64,000 bases of DNA, from the NCBI GenBank assembly GCA_963575745.1, contig CAUYUJ010000126.1:248001-312000 (forward strand). Direction: 5' to 3'. Source of the stretch: Prorocentrum cordatum. Lineage: Eukaryota. Made by a program: the position numbers and the translations under genes. This document shows, piece by piece, positions 63,325 through 64,000 of the stretch. The notes under the pieces were generated by a model. That model searched no databases. It saw only the letters and a program-made list of their open reading frames with translations, and was not told where the DNA came from. Each line of letters opens with the position of its first letter. Within the stretch, counting starts at the first letter, position 1.

Positions 63325-63950
63325 CACACCACCGCCGGTCGCCACCACCACCGCCACCACAGACCACCATACCATCACCACCACCACCACCACAACCACC
63401 ACAACCCACCATCACCACAACCACCACCAGCACAACAGACCACCTCGCCACAACCACCACCAAGCACGCCACCACCACCACAATCCACCACAACCCACCA
63501 CAACCACCACCACGACAAACCACCACACCATTGCCACCACCACCAACACCACCGCCACAACACCACCATCACCACAACCCACCACCAACACCACCACCAC
63601 AACAAACCACCACCACCAACAACATCACCACCGCCACCATCACGACCATCACCATCACCACCTCAACCCACCACCACCACCACCACCATCTCACCACCAC
63701 AGAACCACCACCACCACAGCCACCACCACCACCACAACAGCTCACCACCACCACCACCATCAATACAACAACCCACCACCACTACCACCACCATCACCAC
63801 AATCCACCAAACCACATCCACCACCGCCACAATCACCACCACTACTACCAGCAGCACAACCCACCACCACCACCACAACCACCACAAGCCACCTCACCGC
63901 CACCACTACCACCGCCACTACCACCACCACCAGCACCCCCACCGCCGCCG
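63325..63950. repeat. Degenerate (CAC/CAA)n microsatellite
   Basis: Direct reading. Confidence 0.95.
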
Positions 63951-64000
63951 CCAGCCGCCGCCGGCCCGAGGAGAGGGATGGAGGAGAAGTAGGGGGAGGG

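Overview
Repeat-rich, GC-rich eukaryotic DNA, almost certainly from a dinoflagellate: it has a perfect 22-nt dinoflagellate spliced leader (DinoSL, TCCGTAGCCATTTTGGCTCAAG) and degenerate TTTAGGG-type telomeric repeats. The main result is a near-intact 7.0-kb non-LTR retrotransposon at 44002-51007. ORF1 has a Zn finger and coiled coil; ORF2 has APE, RT, zf-RVT, RNase H and C-terminal Zn fingers. Its first 22 nt are a DinoSL, it has no poly(A) tail, and it sits in a (CCT)n microsatellite between 16-bp direct repeats. An older full-length relative (13889-20199, minus) also starts with a decayed SL and has (CCT)n on both sides. Several more fragments abut the same microsatellite. An intronless SL-capped host retrocopy (discoidin plus GDPH-domain protein, 34980-36468) lies in the same repeat type. 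I infer a family of promoterless, trans-splicing-dependent LINEs that target (CCT/AGG)n and may also recycle host mRNAs. The rest of the window holds decayed RTE-like LINEs, two introner-like MITEs, Helentron/HINE-like elements with internal minisatellites, two multi-kb inverted element pairs, satellites and microsatellites. All calls come from reading motifs by eye; no searches were run, and boundaries of decayed elements are approximate.
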